A DNA stretch of 64,000 bases from an uncultured Chitinophagales bacterium (lineage in GTDB: Bacteria > Bacteroidota > Bacteroidia > Chitinophagales > JADIYW01). Shown piece by piece: positions 38,049-48,652 of this stretch. Within the stretch, counting starts at the first letter, position 1. Each line of letters starts with the position of its first letter. Location of the stretch: the NCBI GenBank assembly GCA_964642875.1, contig CAZXRF010000006.1, positions 2,578 through 66,577 on the forward strand, given 5' to 3'. The position numbers and the translations under genes are program-made. The notes under the pieces were generated by a model. That model saw only the letters and a list, made by a program, of their open reading frames with translations, was not told where the DNA came from and did no database searches.

Positions 38049-38708
38049 TTAGAGACTTTCTAATTTCTCGCGAATTGATAAACGCAATGCTTCCATTGCA
38101 TCGTCAAAACTGATATTATTATTCACAATAATATCGCAAGAAGATTTATAGGGTAATATGTATTTTTCATAAGAAGGGAAAACATGATGTTGGTACCTAT
38201 ACAGCACATCTTCTAATGGGTAATTACGTTCAATTTTATCTCGTTGGATACGGCGGATTAATTTGATATGTTCATCCGCATCTATAAATATTTTTAAATC
38301 CATCAGATTAGAAACATCAATGAAATGGAAAACAAAAATACCTTCTATTACAATTACAGGTGCAGGTTTATAAATAACTTTTTTGGGAGTTGCTAATTCA
38401 TTATTATACGTATATTCTGTCAATACTACTTCTTCTCCATTTAACAATTTTAACACATCTTGATGATATTCTTCTTCTTTGAAAGACTCCGGTAAATCAA
38501 AATTCTTCTCTCCTATAGCATCAATAACTTGCTCTTCTCTGGGTTTGTAATAATTATCTTGACTTAAAATGCATACCTGCTCTGGCGAGAAACTTGCTGC
38601 CAATTCTTTTACGAATGTAGTTTTTCCGCTTCCGCTTCCGCCCGAAATTCCAATCACAAAAGGTTTCTGATTCATCTGTTTATAAAAATATTCCCCAAAA
38701 CTAATCAT
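38049..38708 (-). CDS. udk: Uridine kinase
   Basis: P-loop 'GISGGSGSGKTT' and 'RRIQRD'. The start may be the internal MNQKPF (38675). Confidence 0.92.
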   Translation of the reverse strand: MISFGEYFYKQMNQKPFVIGISGGSGSGKTTFVKELAASFSPEQVCILSQDNYYKPREEQVIDAIGEKNFDLPESFKEEEYHQDVLKLLNGEEVVLTEYTYNNELATPKKVIYKPAPVIVIEGIFVFHFIDVSNLMDLKIFIDADEHIKLIRRIQRDKIERNYPLEDVLYRYQHHVFPSYEKYILPYKSSCDIIVNNNISFDDAMEALRLSIREKLESL

Positions 38709-38747
38709 TAGAAAATATCTTACCTATTTTTACGGTAAATTTTTACT

Positions 38748-39659
38748 ATGGAATTATTAGATGGAAAGAAAATAGCTACAGAAATTAAAGAAGAAATAGC
38801 CATAGAAGTAAAAAAAATTAAAGCAAGCGGAAAAAAAGTGCCCCATTTGGCGGCTGTATTAGTGGGCGATGATGGTGCAAGCCAAACTTATGTAAATAGC
38901 AAAGTAAAATCATGTGAGGAGGTTGGGTTTAAATCTACATTAGTCCGATTAAACAAAGACATTACTGAAAATGAATTATTAACACAAATTAATTTATTAA
39001 ATAACGATGATTCCGTTGATGGTTTTATTATCCAATTGCCATTGCCAAAGCATATCAATGAAGAAAAAATATTACTGGCTGTAGCGCCGGAGAAAGACGT
39101 GGACGGATTTCACCCGATGAATGTGGGACGCATGGCTTTAAATATGCCAACTTATTTGCCCGCTACGCCAAAGGGTATTTTAGAAATACTGAAACGGTAT
39201 AATATTCCGACAGAGGGCAAGCATTGCGTTGTTATTGGAAGAAGTAATATTGTAGGATTACCGATGAGCATTTTGATGGCACGAAAAAATAAAATTGGTA
39301 ATTGCACTGTGACGCTCTGCCATTCAAAAACAAAAAATTTAAAAGAAGAAACTTTGCGTGCCGATATTATTATTGCAGCTTTGGGCATACCAGAATTTTT
39401 GAAAGGTGATATGGTAAAAAAAGGAGCGATAGTGGTAGATGTGGGAATTACCCGTGTGCCAGACAATAGTAAAAAATCAGGTTTTAGAATTGTCGGTGAT
39501 GTAGATTTTAGAGCTGTAAGCCCAAAATGCAGCTATATTTCTCCCGTTCCGGGTGGTGTAGGGTTAATGACCGTGGTATCTCTTTTACAAAATACACTAA
39601 GTGCTGCCAAGGAAGAATTTTACAAGAAAACTATCAGTTTTAATATTGACGAATTGTGA
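38748..39659 (+). CDS. folD: Bifunctional methylenetetrahydrofolate dehydrogenase / cyclohydrolase
   Basis: '[16 protein letters not shown]', 'DVDGFHP', 'GRSNIVG.P' and 'PVPGGVG.MT'. Confidence 0.96.
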   Translation: MELLDGKKIATEIKEEIAIEVKKIKASGKKVPHLAAVLVGDDGASQTYVNSKVKSCEEVGFKSTLVRLNKDITENELLTQINLLNNDDSVDGFIIQLPLPKHINEEKILLAVAPEKDVDGFHPMNVGRMALNMPTYLPATPKGILEILKRYNIPTEGKHCVVIGRSNIVGLPMSILMARKNKIGNCTVTLCHSKTKNLKEETLRADIIIAALGIPEFLKGDMVKKGAIVVDVGITRVPDNSKKSGFRIVGDVDFRAVSPKCSYISPVPGGVGLMTVVSLLQNTLSAAKEEFYKKTISFNIDEL

Positions 39660-40427
39660 TTAAAGCTGAGGATTTTTTACAATAAAAAATGGATTTAATA
39701 AATCTTGTCTGTTATAGGTCAGCGACTGAAAGTTATCGAAACGCAATACCTCCGCACCAGCTTCAGTAGCAACAATTTGTCCGGCACAGGTATCCCATTC
39801 CATTGTCGGACCTAAACGTGGATATACGTCGGCTTTGCCGTCCGCGAGCAAGCAAAATTTAAGCGAGCTGCCAGCCGCTACAAAGTCAACCGCAGCAAAT
39901 TTAAGTTTTTGTTGTGCTACATATTCTAATAACTCTGGAGTTTGATGCGAGCGAGAGCCTACAATTTTCAAAACGCCATCTTGTGCCAGTGGTCGGATTT
40001 TTAAAATCGATGTTATATTATTTTCTAATTTAAAACTTCCTTTTCCAATCTCAGCGTAATAGGTAATCTGCTGTGCAGGCACATGCACTACGCCCAATAC
40101 GGGGATTCCGTTTTCTACCAATGCAATATTAACTGTAAACTCTCCATTTTTCTTTATGAATTCTTTTGTGCCATCTAATGGATCTACAATCCAGCATTTT
40201 GTCCAAGATTTTCTGATTTCATACTCCAATAATTTATTTTCTTCGGAGATAATCGGAATGGTAGAATCGATATTTTTTAATGCAGTTACAATTATGTCAT
40301 TAGATTTTTTATCTGCGATGGTAAGTGGAGAATCGTCAGATTTTAGTTCTACAGAAAAATCCTGTTTGTATATTTCTAAAATAGCTTCGCCGGCTTCTTT
40401 TGCAATCTCAATTATGGAATTTATCAT
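39660..40427 (-). CDS. cysQ: 3'(2'),5'-bisphosphate nucleotidase
   Basis: 255 aa inositol-monophosphatase fold with 'WIVDPLDGT' and 'WDTCAG'. Confidence 0.88.
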   Translation of the reverse strand: MINSIIEIAKEAGEAILEIYKQDFSVELKSDDSPLTIADKKSNDIIVTALKNIDSTIPIISEENKLLEYEIRKSWTKCWIVDPLDGTKEFIKKNGEFTVNIALVENGIPVLGVVHVPAQQITYYAEIGKGSFKLENNITSILKIRPLAQDGVLKIVGSRSHQTPELLEYVAQQKLKFAAVDFVAAGSSLKFCLLADGKADVYPRLGPTMEWDTCAGQIVATEAGAEVLRFDNFQSLTYNRQDLLNPFFIVKNPQL

Positions 40428-40435
40428 TTTTTGAT

Positions 40436-40990
40436 TTAGTAGGTAAAATTAGAATTCGCATTTCCAACGGTAGGATTTACAGCATCTTTTTCGCTTAAGA
40501 TTATATCTGTTTCAGGAATTTTCCAATCAATATTCAAAGTAGCGTCATTATAGGCAATTCCACCTTCAGATGATTTATTGTAATAATTATCGCATTTATA
40601 AAGAAATTCACAAGTATCAGAAAGTACTACAAATCCGTGAGCAAATCCAGCGGGAATTAATAATTGCAGTTTATTTTCAGCTGATAATTCAATAGAGAAA
40701 TGTTGCAAATAAGTTGGTGAGCCTTTGCGAATATCTACCGCTACATCTAATACTTTACCTTGTGTTACCCGCACTAATTTTGTTTGTGCATAAGGGTTAT
40801 TTTGATAGTGCAATCCTCTTAAAACGCCATACGAAGATTTAGAATGGTTATCTTGAATAAAATGATAATCAATGTTATGTTCTTTTAATTTTTGGGCATT
40901 ATAACTTTCATAAAAAAAGCCTCTATTGTCTTCAAAAACGGTAGGTTCAATAACAAATAAATCAATTAAGGGAGTTGGTATTAATTTCAT
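40436..40990 (-). CDS. rfbC: dTDP-4-dehydrorhamnose 3,5-epimerase
   Basis: 'FEDNRGFF.ES', 'RGLHYQ' and 'GFAHGF'. I prefer the ATG at 40990 (MKLIPTPL). Confidence 0.93.
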   Translation of the reverse strand: MKLIPTPLIDLFVIEPTVFEDNRGFFYESYNAQKLKEHNIDYHFIQDNHSKSSYGVLRGLHYQNNPYAQTKLVRVTQGKVLDVAVDIRKGSPTYLQHFSIELSAENKLQLLIPAGFAHGFVVLSDTCEFLYKCDNYYNKSSEGGIAYNDATLNIDWKIPETDIILSEKDAVNPTVGNANSNFTY

Positions 40991-41004
40991 TTTCACTAAG
41001 CTAT

Positions 41005-42117
41005 TTAAGCAGATTTTATAGTTTCTTTGATGGATGCCCAATAATGCCTTCTTACATAAATTATTACAATTGCAATTATGTCTATAAAAGCACCTATTAG
41101 CATGTACATAATAAACTGATTTCTGGTAGAAACTACTTCCTTTTGTAAAGGCAAATGCGGTTCGTCTATCGTTTGGAACAAAGGCATAATGGATTGCAAG
41201 TTTGTTTTAGAGCCTTCCAAGGCGGTTGCTGTCATAGAGTACAAGCCTTCCAATAATGCTTTATTTCGGATATAACGTGTTTCATTTAAGTCGGCTTTAA
41301 AAGTAACCAAGTTATTGGCTTTGTCTTTATAGTCTGCTAGATTAAACTCTGAATTTTCTAACTGCGCTTTTACGTATGCTAATTTTTCTTCTAAGAAATC
41401 TACCGTTATCTTTGCTTTTCTAGTAGCACGTTCGATGTAGTAATCTATTAAATTATCATAGAAACTTTCGCAGAGTAATTTTGAAAACTCTTCATCGTTG
41501 GAGGTTACGGATATGGAATAAATTTCAGCTTCATTATAATCGATATTTACCATTGTCCGGATACTTCTTAGTATATTTTTAAATACTAAATAATCTGGGA
41601 TATTCATATCACTTACGGAAGTAAAATCTTTATAGTAACTATCTTTGTATCCAGACATCAGGCGCAAGTAGTGATTTGCCAAATAATCTTCTCTACCACG
41701 GAATACATATTTTTTGAAAAGCATTTTAGAACCTACTTTTTCAGTAAATGCATATTCTTTTAATTTCTTTGGATTACCGAAATTGGCATTTGTAGTTTGC
41801 AATAAATTAGCGAAACTATTTGCACCACCAAATCCTGGGACTTGAGGGCGTTCTTCCGATAAGAAGAATGTTATTTTAGCAATATAAGTGGGTTTTACTT
41901 GAGTACCCTTATAATAGCCATACATTCCCGTTAGAATAATTGGAATTACAAAAATAAGAGCATAATTTTTTGCTATACCACCCAGCTCTTTTACAATTGC
42001 TAAAAATTGTTTTAGCCCTTGGTCATTTATTGTTTCAACCGTTGGCTGCTCATCTTGTGGCTGAACAGCAGTATTGATATCCTCCGATTCTTTATTCTTA
42101 TCCAATTCTTCTTGCAT
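41005..42117 (-). CDS. Wzz-like polysaccharide chain-length determinant protein
   Basis: 370 aa with TM helices near both ends and a coiled-coil middle ('LEEKLAYVKAQLENSE'). It is adjacent to the Wza-like gene. Confidence 0.7.
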   Translation of the reverse strand: MQEELDKNKESEDINTAVQPQDEQPTVETINDQGLKQFLAIVKELGGIAKNYALIFVIPIILTGMYGYYKGTQVKPTYIAKITFFLSEERPQVPGFGGANSFANLLQTTNANFGNPKKLKEYAFTEKVGSKMLFKKYVFRGREDYLANHYLRLMSGYKDSYYKDFTSVSDMNIPDYLVFKNILRSIRTMVNIDYNEAEIYSISVTSNDEEFSKLLCESFYDNLIDYYIERATRKAKITVDFLEEKLAYVKAQLENSEFNLADYKDKANNLVTFKADLNETRYIRNKALLEGLYSMTATALEGSKTNLQSIMPLFQTIDEPHLPLQKEVVSTRNQFIMYMLIGAFIDIIAIVIIYVRRHYWASIKETIKSA

Positions 42118-42119
42118 AA

Positions 42120-44936
42120 TTACTTTTTAGTATTCCGAACGGTTTCAAACAATAAATATAAAGTCAATATAGAGGTAAGTGCTCCAATGGTTCCTGTTAT
42201 TGTTTTTTGTAATAATAGACCATTACCTGTACTATGTAGTCTTTGTTTTTTCTCTTTCGGTGGTTTTTGGGGAATTACTATCACAGAACCTTTCTCTACC
42301 ATTGGGAATTTTTTTCCAAACATCGTTCTATGTGTTCTTAATATTTGTCCGTTAGGACGTACTACATACGTTTTTCTTTTGAAGGCACTATCACTAAAAC
42401 CGGCTCCATATTTATAGATATAAAATTTAGCATCTCTTCCTTCATTAAATGGAACATATAAATTTTCAGGTTTTTCTTTGGAAGGATAATTAAATTCTCC
42501 ACGTAATGCAACTAAATCTTTTATTGCGGGTATTTCTATCACATCACCTTCTTTAAGCACATAATTATATTTCGATTTTTTATTCTTCAATGCAATGTTC
42601 AAATCTGTAAGAATATTCCCGATTCCATCATCTTTTCTGGTTAATTTTGTACCGTCTGCATAAGCAAATCTTGTTAAACCGCCAGCACGTTCTATTACAG
42701 AAGAAAGTTTTTCATCTTTGGTGGTCAGCACATAATCTCCGGGGTAAAGTACTTCTCCTTTAACGGTTACTTTCATCTGATATTCAAATTCAGGTGTGGG
42801 GCGAACGTATATTTGATCGAAAGGCTGTAATTTAATTGAATTAGCAACTGCATCTTTACCAATATTCTTACTTATACTAAAATTTAATATGGTTACTTGT
42901 GTTGGTACAGATTGAGAAATTGCTTTATCATAATTAGCAATACGTGCAATTTCGATTCTATTTGAAGCTGCTTCCATCTTAAAGCCTTGCGCTAAAATTA
43001 ATGCATCTGCTAAGGTCATGTTTTCCATATAAGGGAAAGTATCCGACTTCCGCACCATACCATTTACTTCTACATAATATCTATCGATACGTCTTAAATC
43101 TTTTAACACATAGATTTTATCTCTTTTCTTTAGTTTAAATGTATCTAAAGCGGCATAGTTATTGGTTGTATCGATTCTAAATGAAATTAGTTTTTCTGTC
43201 AAATCATCATTTACCCGATAGATAATAATTTTATCTAATAATGCTTCTTCTTTCAATCCATTACACATAATAATTGCATCGCGTAAGGACATTCCTTTTT
43301 CCGACTCAAACTTCCGTGGTTTACGAACTTCCCCTTTTACTTCTATATCAAATTTATCGAAGTAATCTGTTTTTGCATAAACCTCTATGACATCTCTAAA
43401 AGTCAGCAACATATTATCTTCTGAATTTTTATCATCAATAATATTTTGGAGGCTTATTTTATAAGTATGTTTTCTAAAATCATCAAAATTTGTTCTCACC
43501 ACATAAGCTTCATCTAAGTAGGCATCTTCTTTCAAGCCTTGTGCTCTTGTGATTACATCCCATACTCTATCTCCTTCTCTCCACTCATATCTACCGGGTA
43601 ATAATACAGAGCCATTTACATCTATATAGTTTTTTACTTTTTCAGGGATAGAACGAACGCCTACTACATCACCGTTTCTTAATACTATTTTTCCGCCAAC
43701 GGCTTTTATGCTATCTAAATTATAATCAATTAAAATTTGCTTATTTTCATCATATCTTCTGATTTGAATAATTTTGGTAAAAGCATCAGGTTTATAGTTT
43801 CCACAAAATCTCAATAAATCTTCAAAGGTTTCACCTGGTTTCATTTCATACTTTCCCTCTCTATTTACAGCTCCTTCAATTCTTACTATATTTTTCTGAG
43901 CTGGAACGTAGATATAATCGTTATTATCTAAGAAAATATCATCTTGTTTTTCCGGTGTAAATAAAAATTTATACAAGTCAAATGTTCTGATAATTTTTCC
44001 GTCTCTTTTAATTTGGATATCACGGATAGAGCCTGATTTTGACGGCCCTCCTACATAGGCAAGAATATTATAGGCAGTATTAATTGCAGGAAAAGTATAA
44101 GAGCCCGGATTTTCTACATCACCTACCACATTAATAGTGATAACACGTGAATAATTTATGGACACATCAAAGTCTGATTTATCAATCATATAAGCATTGG
44201 CAAATCGAGTACGAAGCAATCCTTTGGCTTGCTCTAAGGTTAATCCTTTTAAATAGACGCGTCCAATGTTTTCTTGTTGTATATATCCATCTTTATCGAT
44301 ATAAAATAAACGATTATAATCGGCATATCCCCAAATAGAAACTACGATTTGGTCACCAACACCTAAAATATAATTACTTGGCGGTTTAATATCCACTGCA
44401 TTATTGAAAATTTTCACATCTTTTTGGCGGAAATACGTAAAACCGTAAATATCTACAGTATCTAATTTTTCACGTAATTCACGCGTTGCCGTTGCTGTAA
44501 TTTTCTCAACAGTTTCTGACGCTTTTTGTGCTTCTTTCAATAATTTATCAGGAGTATTTATATTTCCTTTTACTTCCGATGCATTGGTGGCATTACCCAT
44601 CGCACCTTGCTGCTCATCAGCATCTATCGTGCGAGGTGCTATTTGTTTAGCTATTTGTTGAGATTTTTTAGTTTCTTCTACTTTTAAATTTCCTTGTTTA
44701 ATTTGAAGGGTATCTTCTATTTTTTTAAAGATTTCTTTTACAGTTGGGTCAGGTGCAACATACTGCTGTTGTCCTTGTTGTTGTTGTAGCATTTGTTGAT
44801 ACTGCATTATCTGAGCAGGTGTCAATTCTTGCTGTAGAAGTTGTGTAGGTACTGTTGGTAAAACAAATTGTGCCTGTACTGTTAATCCAACAAAAAACAA
44901 CAAAATGCTTACTACTCTTTTGATTGTATATTTCAT
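42120..44936 (-). CDS. Polysaccharide export protein (Wza/Poly_export N-terminus followed by multiple SLBB repeats)
   Basis: 938 aa with 'YILGVGDQIVVSIWG', repeated 'V.V.G.V..PG.Y' SLBB-like units, a Gln-rich N-terminal tract (QQMLQQQQGQQQ) and a C-terminal TM. Confidence 0.85.
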   Translation of the reverse strand: MKYTIKRVVSILLFFVGLTVQAQFVLPTVPTQLLQQELTPAQIMQYQQMLQQQQGQQQYVAPDPTVKEIFKKIEDTLQIKQGNLKVEETKKSQQIAKQIAPRTIDADEQQGAMGNATNASEVKGNINTPDKLLKEAQKASETVEKITATATRELREKLDTVDIYGFTYFRQKDVKIFNNAVDIKPPSNYILGVGDQIVVSIWGYADYNRLFYIDKDGYIQQENIGRVYLKGLTLEQAKGLLRTRFANAYMIDKSDFDVSINYSRVITINVVGDVENPGSYTFPAINTAYNILAYVGGPSKSGSIRDIQIKRDGKIIRTFDLYKFLFTPEKQDDIFLDNNDYIYVPAQKNIVRIEGAVNREGKYEMKPGETFEDLLRFCGNYKPDAFTKIIQIRRYDENKQILIDYNLDSIKAVGGKIVLRNGDVVGVRSIPEKVKNYIDVNGSVLLPGRYEWREGDRVWDVITRAQGLKEDAYLDEAYVVRTNFDDFRKHTYKISLQNIIDDKNSEDNMLLTFRDVIEVYAKTDYFDKFDIEVKGEVRKPRKFESEKGMSLRDAIIMCNGLKEEALLDKIIIYRVNDDLTEKLISFRIDTTNNYAALDTFKLKKRDKIYVLKDLRRIDRYYVEVNGMVRKSDTFPYMENMTLADALILAQGFKMEAASNRIEIARIANYDKAISQSVPTQVTILNFSISKNIGKDAVANSIKLQPFDQIYVRPTPEFEYQMKVTVKGEVLYPGDYVLTTKDEKLSSVIERAGGLTRFAYADGTKLTRKDDGIGNILTDLNIALKNKKSKYNYVLKEGDVIEIPAIKDLVALRGEFNYPSKEKPENLYVPFNEGRDAKFYIYKYGAGFSDSAFKRKTYVVRPNGQILRTHRTMFGKKFPMVEKGSVIVIPQKPPKEKKQRLHSTGNGLLLQKTITGTIGALTSILTLYLLFETVRNTKK

Positions 44937-44937
44937 A

Positions 44938-45990
44938 CTAACTTAATTCGTATTGGTGTTTGTAATAATTAAGGTATTCACCTGATGTAACATGATTTAG
45001 CCATTCAGAATTTTGCAAATACCAATCTACTGTTTTTTCCAAACCTTCTTCAAACTGTAAAGAGGGCTTCCAACCCAATTCTCTATTTAATTTAGTCGCA
45101 TCGATGGCATATCGTTTATCGTGTCCGGGTCTATCTTTTACATAAGAAATTAACTGCTCTGATGTGCCAATTGCTCTGTTTAATTTCTTGTCCATGATAG
45201 TACACAACAAGCGAATTAAGTCGATATTCTGCCATTCGTTAAAACCTCCAATATTGTAAGTTTCGCCTAATTTACCGTTGTGATAAATTACGTCTATTGC
45301 AGCTGCATGGTCTTCTACAAACAGCCAATCTCTGGTATAATCGCCTTTGCCATAAACCGGCAATGGTTTATTATTTTTTATATTATTTATAAATAATGGT
45401 ATCAGTTTTTCAGGAAATTGATACGAGCCATAATTATTAGAACAGTTAGAAAGTACTATTGGTAGGTGGTAAGTATTTTCATAAGCACGGACAAAATGAT
45501 CTGAACTTGCTTTAGAAGCAGAATATGGAGAACGTGGGTCGTATGAAGTTTCTTCAGTAAATAAACCTGTATCACCTAAGCTGCCATATACTTCATCTGT
45601 TGAAACATGATAAAACAATTTATTTTGAAAATTATTTTTCCATTTCTCTTTTGCTGCATTTAATAAATTCACAGTGCCTACAACGTTAGTCATTATAAAT
45701 TCTAACGGGTTGGCGATTGATCTATCTACATGAGATTCTGCTGCAAGATGGATAACGCCATCAAAATTATATTTATCAAATAACTGAAATACAGCAGTTG
45801 CCTCTACGATATCTATTTTCTCAAAAATATAATTAGGCTTTTGCTCTATATCTTTTAAATTTTCTAAATTTCCTGCATAGGTCAATTTATCCAAATTTAC
45901 AATGGTATAATCTGGGTATTTATTTACAAATAATCGTACCACATGCGAACCGATAAAACCTGCGCCTCCTGTAATTAGAATTGTTTTCAT
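44938..45990 (-). CDS. rfbB: dTDP-glucose 4,6-dehydratase
   Basis: 'ITGGAGFIGSH', 'YSASKASSD' and 'DHA.AI'. Confidence 0.95.
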   Translation of the reverse strand: MKTILITGGAGFIGSHVVRLFVNKYPDYTIVNLDKLTYAGNLENLKDIEQKPNYIFEKIDIVEATAVFQLFDKYNFDGVIHLAAESHVDRSIANPLEFIMTNVVGTVNLLNAAKEKWKNNFQNKLFYHVSTDEVYGSLGDTGLFTEETSYDPRSPYSASKASSDHFVRAYENTYHLPIVLSNCSNNYGSYQFPEKLIPLFINNIKNNKPLPVYGKGDYTRDWLFVEDHAAAIDVIYHNGKLGETYNIGGFNEWQNIDLIRLLCTIMDKKLNRAIGTSEQLISYVKDRPGHDKRYAIDATKLNRELGWKPSLQFEEGLEKTVDWYLQNSEWLNHVTSGEYLNYYKHQYELS

Positions 45991-45993
45991 ACT

Positions 45994-47301
45994 TTATAAT
46001 GTCCAGTATTCTAAATTTGTAATTTTTGATTTATACATGTTTTTGATATCCACTAATACAGCATCTTCCGTAGCTAAGTTAGTGAAATATTGTTCATCAA
46101 GTTGCTTATAGGCATCATGAGAAACGGCAACCACGATTACATCGTATTTTCCGCTTGGTGCAGGACTTAATACCACGTTATATTCCTCTTCTACTTCATG
46201 CGCATCTGCCATTACATCTACCATTTCTACGGCTACATGAAAATCTTTCAACTCTTTGTAAAGATTAAATACTTTAGAATTACGGATATCAGTCACATTT
46301 TCTTTAAAAGTAGCGCCCATAATTAATGCGCTGCATTGTGACGGATTTTTACCTTTGCTTAATAAATATTGTACTATTTTTTTTGCAATATAATTAGGCA
46401 TTCCATCATTAATATTTCTACCGCTTAAAATTATTTGTGGCTTATAGCCTAATTCATTGGATTTGTAAGTCAAATAATATGGATCCACGCCTATGCAATG
46501 TCCGCCTACTAAGCCTGGTTGAAACTTCAAAAAGTTCCATTTTGTTCCTGCGGCCTCTAATACATCATACGTGTTAATGTTCATCAAACTGAATATTTGA
46601 GAAAGTTCATTCATCAGCGCAATATTCAAATCACGTTGTGTGTTTTCTATTACTTTTGCAGCCTCTGCTACTTTTATGGAGGCTGCTTTATATACTCCGG
46701 GTTCGATGATTGAACCATAAACAGCGGCAATATTCTCTAATGCTTCTTCATCGCAGCCCGAAACGATTTTAGTAATTTTCGTTAAGGTGTGTAAGGTATC
46801 ACCGGGGTTTATTCGTTCAGGTGAATACCCAACTTTAAAATCTTCTTTAAACTTCAAGCCTGATTTTTCCTCAATAATAGGCACACAATCTTCTTCTGTA
46901 CAGCCAGGATATACAGTTGATTCAAACACTACGTAGTCTCCTTTCTTTACTACTTTTGAAATAGTTGTAGATGCACCTATTAACGGTTTTAAATCAGGTA
47001 CATTATGCTCATCAACAGGTGTGGGTACTGCTACTATAAAAAAAATTGCATTTTTCAACACCTCTGTATCTGCTGTAAATTCAATATCTGCACCTGCAAA
47101 TGCACTGGATGGTAATTCATTACTTGGGTCAATGTGATTCCTCATCATATCTACCCTTTTTTGATTTATATCAAATCCAATTACTTTAAATTTTTTGGCT
47201 AATTCTAAGGCTATGGGAAGCCCTACATATCCAAGTCCGATAACGCCGATACTTTTTGCTTTTGTATTGAAATCGGCTAAAAATTGTTGCGTGTTACTCA
47301 T
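45994..47301 (-). CDS. Nucleotide-sugar 6-dehydrogenase (UDP-GlcNAc/UDP-GalNAc dehydrogenase-like, TviB/WbpO type)
   Basis: 'IGVIGLGYVGLP' and 'GGHCIGVDPYYL'. I prefer the ATG at 47301 (MSNTQQ) over the TTG at 47322. Confidence 0.88.
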   Translation of the reverse strand: MSNTQQFLADFNTKAKSIGVIGLGYVGLPIALELAKKFKVIGFDINQKRVDMMRNHIDPSNELPSSAFAGADIEFTADTEVLKNAIFFIVAVPTPVDEHNVPDLKPLIGASTTISKVVKKGDYVVFESTVYPGCTEEDCVPIIEEKSGLKFKEDFKVGYSPERINPGDTLHTLTKITKIVSGCDEEALENIAAVYGSIIEPGVYKAASIKVAEAAKVIENTQRDLNIALMNELSQIFSLMNINTYDVLEAAGTKWNFLKFQPGLVGGHCIGVDPYYLTYKSNELGYKPQIILSGRNINDGMPNYIAKKIVQYLLSKGKNPSQCSALIMGATFKENVTDIRNSKVFNLYKELKDFHVAVEMVDVMADAHEVEEEYNVVLSPAPSGKYDVIVVAVSHDAYKQLDEQYFTNLATEDAVLVDIKNMYKSKITNLEYWTL

Positions 47302-47370
47302 TTCTGCTTTTGGAATTGGCAAAGATACAAAAAAAAGGAAAAATATTTAGCATAAACGACTAACAAATAA

Positions 47371-47378
47371 TATGTTTG
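47371..47378 (+). promoter_or_regulatory. Candidate -7 box (TATGTTTG) for waaA
   Basis: Exact TAnnTTTG, 36 nt upstream of the ATG at 47415. The ORF-track TTG start (47376) lies inside this box. Confidence 0.35.
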
Positions 47379-47414
47379 CTATTGTTTCACGATATAAAAA
47401 TTGTTAAAAAACAC

Positions 47415-48602
47415 ATGCACTTTTTGTATAACTTACTAATTGCTCTTTATGGATTTTTTATCCGGGTTGCTGCTGTATGTAATACCAAAGCAAAAAGAAG
47501 AGAAATTGGCAGTAAACATTGGGAAATACAGTTAAAAAGTGTGGAAAATATACCGCAATCCGTTGTTTGGATCCATTGTGCCTCTGCTGGTGAATTTGAA
47601 CAAGCAATTCCTATTATACAAGAAATAAACCAAAAACATCCAAGCTATTTTATTGCTGTAAGTTTTTTTTCACCTTCAGGTTATGAGCTCTATAAAGATT
47701 CATCGCTTGCGGATATTTTCTTTTATTTTCCATTGGATACTGTAGAAAATGCAAGAAAAATTATTCTATTATTACAACCCCGAAAAGTGCTTTTTATTCG
47801 CAATGAAATATGGTGGAATATATTACTTGAATTAAATAAACAACAAATTCAGACATACCTAATCAATAATTCGTTAGTGAAAAACAATTCTTTTATTTAC
47901 CAATTTTATATAGAAAAAACATTACCCTTATTTACTGCAATTTTCAATACGCAAGTGTATGGAAATACAAAATTAGAAAGAGTGCTGGAGAACAAAGTGA
48001 TGGGATTTAAAGATGATAAATTAGATAATTTTTGCAAGCAAAGTTTTGTACTTATTTTGGGCAGCAGCTGGAGTACCGAATTGCAATATATTTTTAAATT
48101 TTACAAAAAATACAGTATTCATTTTCCTGCTTTGAAAATAATTATTGCACCTCATGAATTTGATGAAAATACACTATATAAAATTTGCAAAAACCATCAT
48201 ATACCTAAAAACGAAATTCAATTATATTCAGATTATAAACTTTCTGAAAACGCTAATTTTTTATTATTAGACAAAAAAGGAATTTTAAAATATGCGTATC
48301 GATATGCCGACATAGCCTTTATTGGCGGTGGTTTTGACAAAACAGTACACAATACAAGTGAGGCAATTGTATATGGAATTCCTACGTTATTCGGCCCAAA
48401 TTTCTCCAAATTTGAAGAGGTAATTGAATTTATAAAAAATGGGATTGCTTTTCCAATAGGCAGTTATGATGAATTTGAAAAGAAAGTATTATCAATATTA
48501 TGGCATCCAAAAATAAAGGAGGAAATAAAGAAAAAAAGTGAATCTTTTTTCAGCCGTCAGCAAGCCACATCTGAAAGAATAATAAGCGAAATCATGCAAT
48601 AA
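47415..48602 (+). CDS. waaA: 3-deoxy-D-manno-octulosonic acid (Kdo) transferase
   Basis: 'VWIHCASAGEFEQAIPII' plus the GT30 C-terminal pattern. The start is taken at MHFLYNLLI. Confidence 0.9.
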   Translation: MHFLYNLLIALYGFFIRVAAVCNTKAKRREIGSKHWEIQLKSVENIPQSVVWIHCASAGEFEQAIPIIQEINQKHPSYFIAVSFFSPSGYELYKDSSLADIFFYFPLDTVENARKIILLLQPRKVLFIRNEIWWNILLELNKQQIQTYLINNSLVKNNSFIYQFYIEKTLPLFTAIFNTQVYGNTKLERVLENKVMGFKDDKLDNFCKQSFVLILGSSWSTELQYIFKFYKKYSIHFPALKIIIAPHEFDENTLYKICKNHHIPKNEIQLYSDYKLSENANFLLLDKKGILKYAYRYADIAFIGGGFDKTVHNTSEAIVYGIPTLFGPNFSKFEEVIEFIKNGIAFPIGSYDEFEKKVLSILWHPKIKEEIKKKSESFFSRQQATSERIISEIMQ

Positions 48603-48606
48603 AAAA

Positions 48607-48629
48607 TCCCGCATAAAAAATATGCGGGA
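48607..48629. terminator. Hairpin terminator between convergent genes
   Basis: TCCCGCATA/TATGCGGGA 9-bp stem with an AAAAA loop. The strong T-run is on the minus-strand side. Confidence 0.75.
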
Positions 48630-48652
48630 CAGGCGTGTTTAAGATTCCGACT

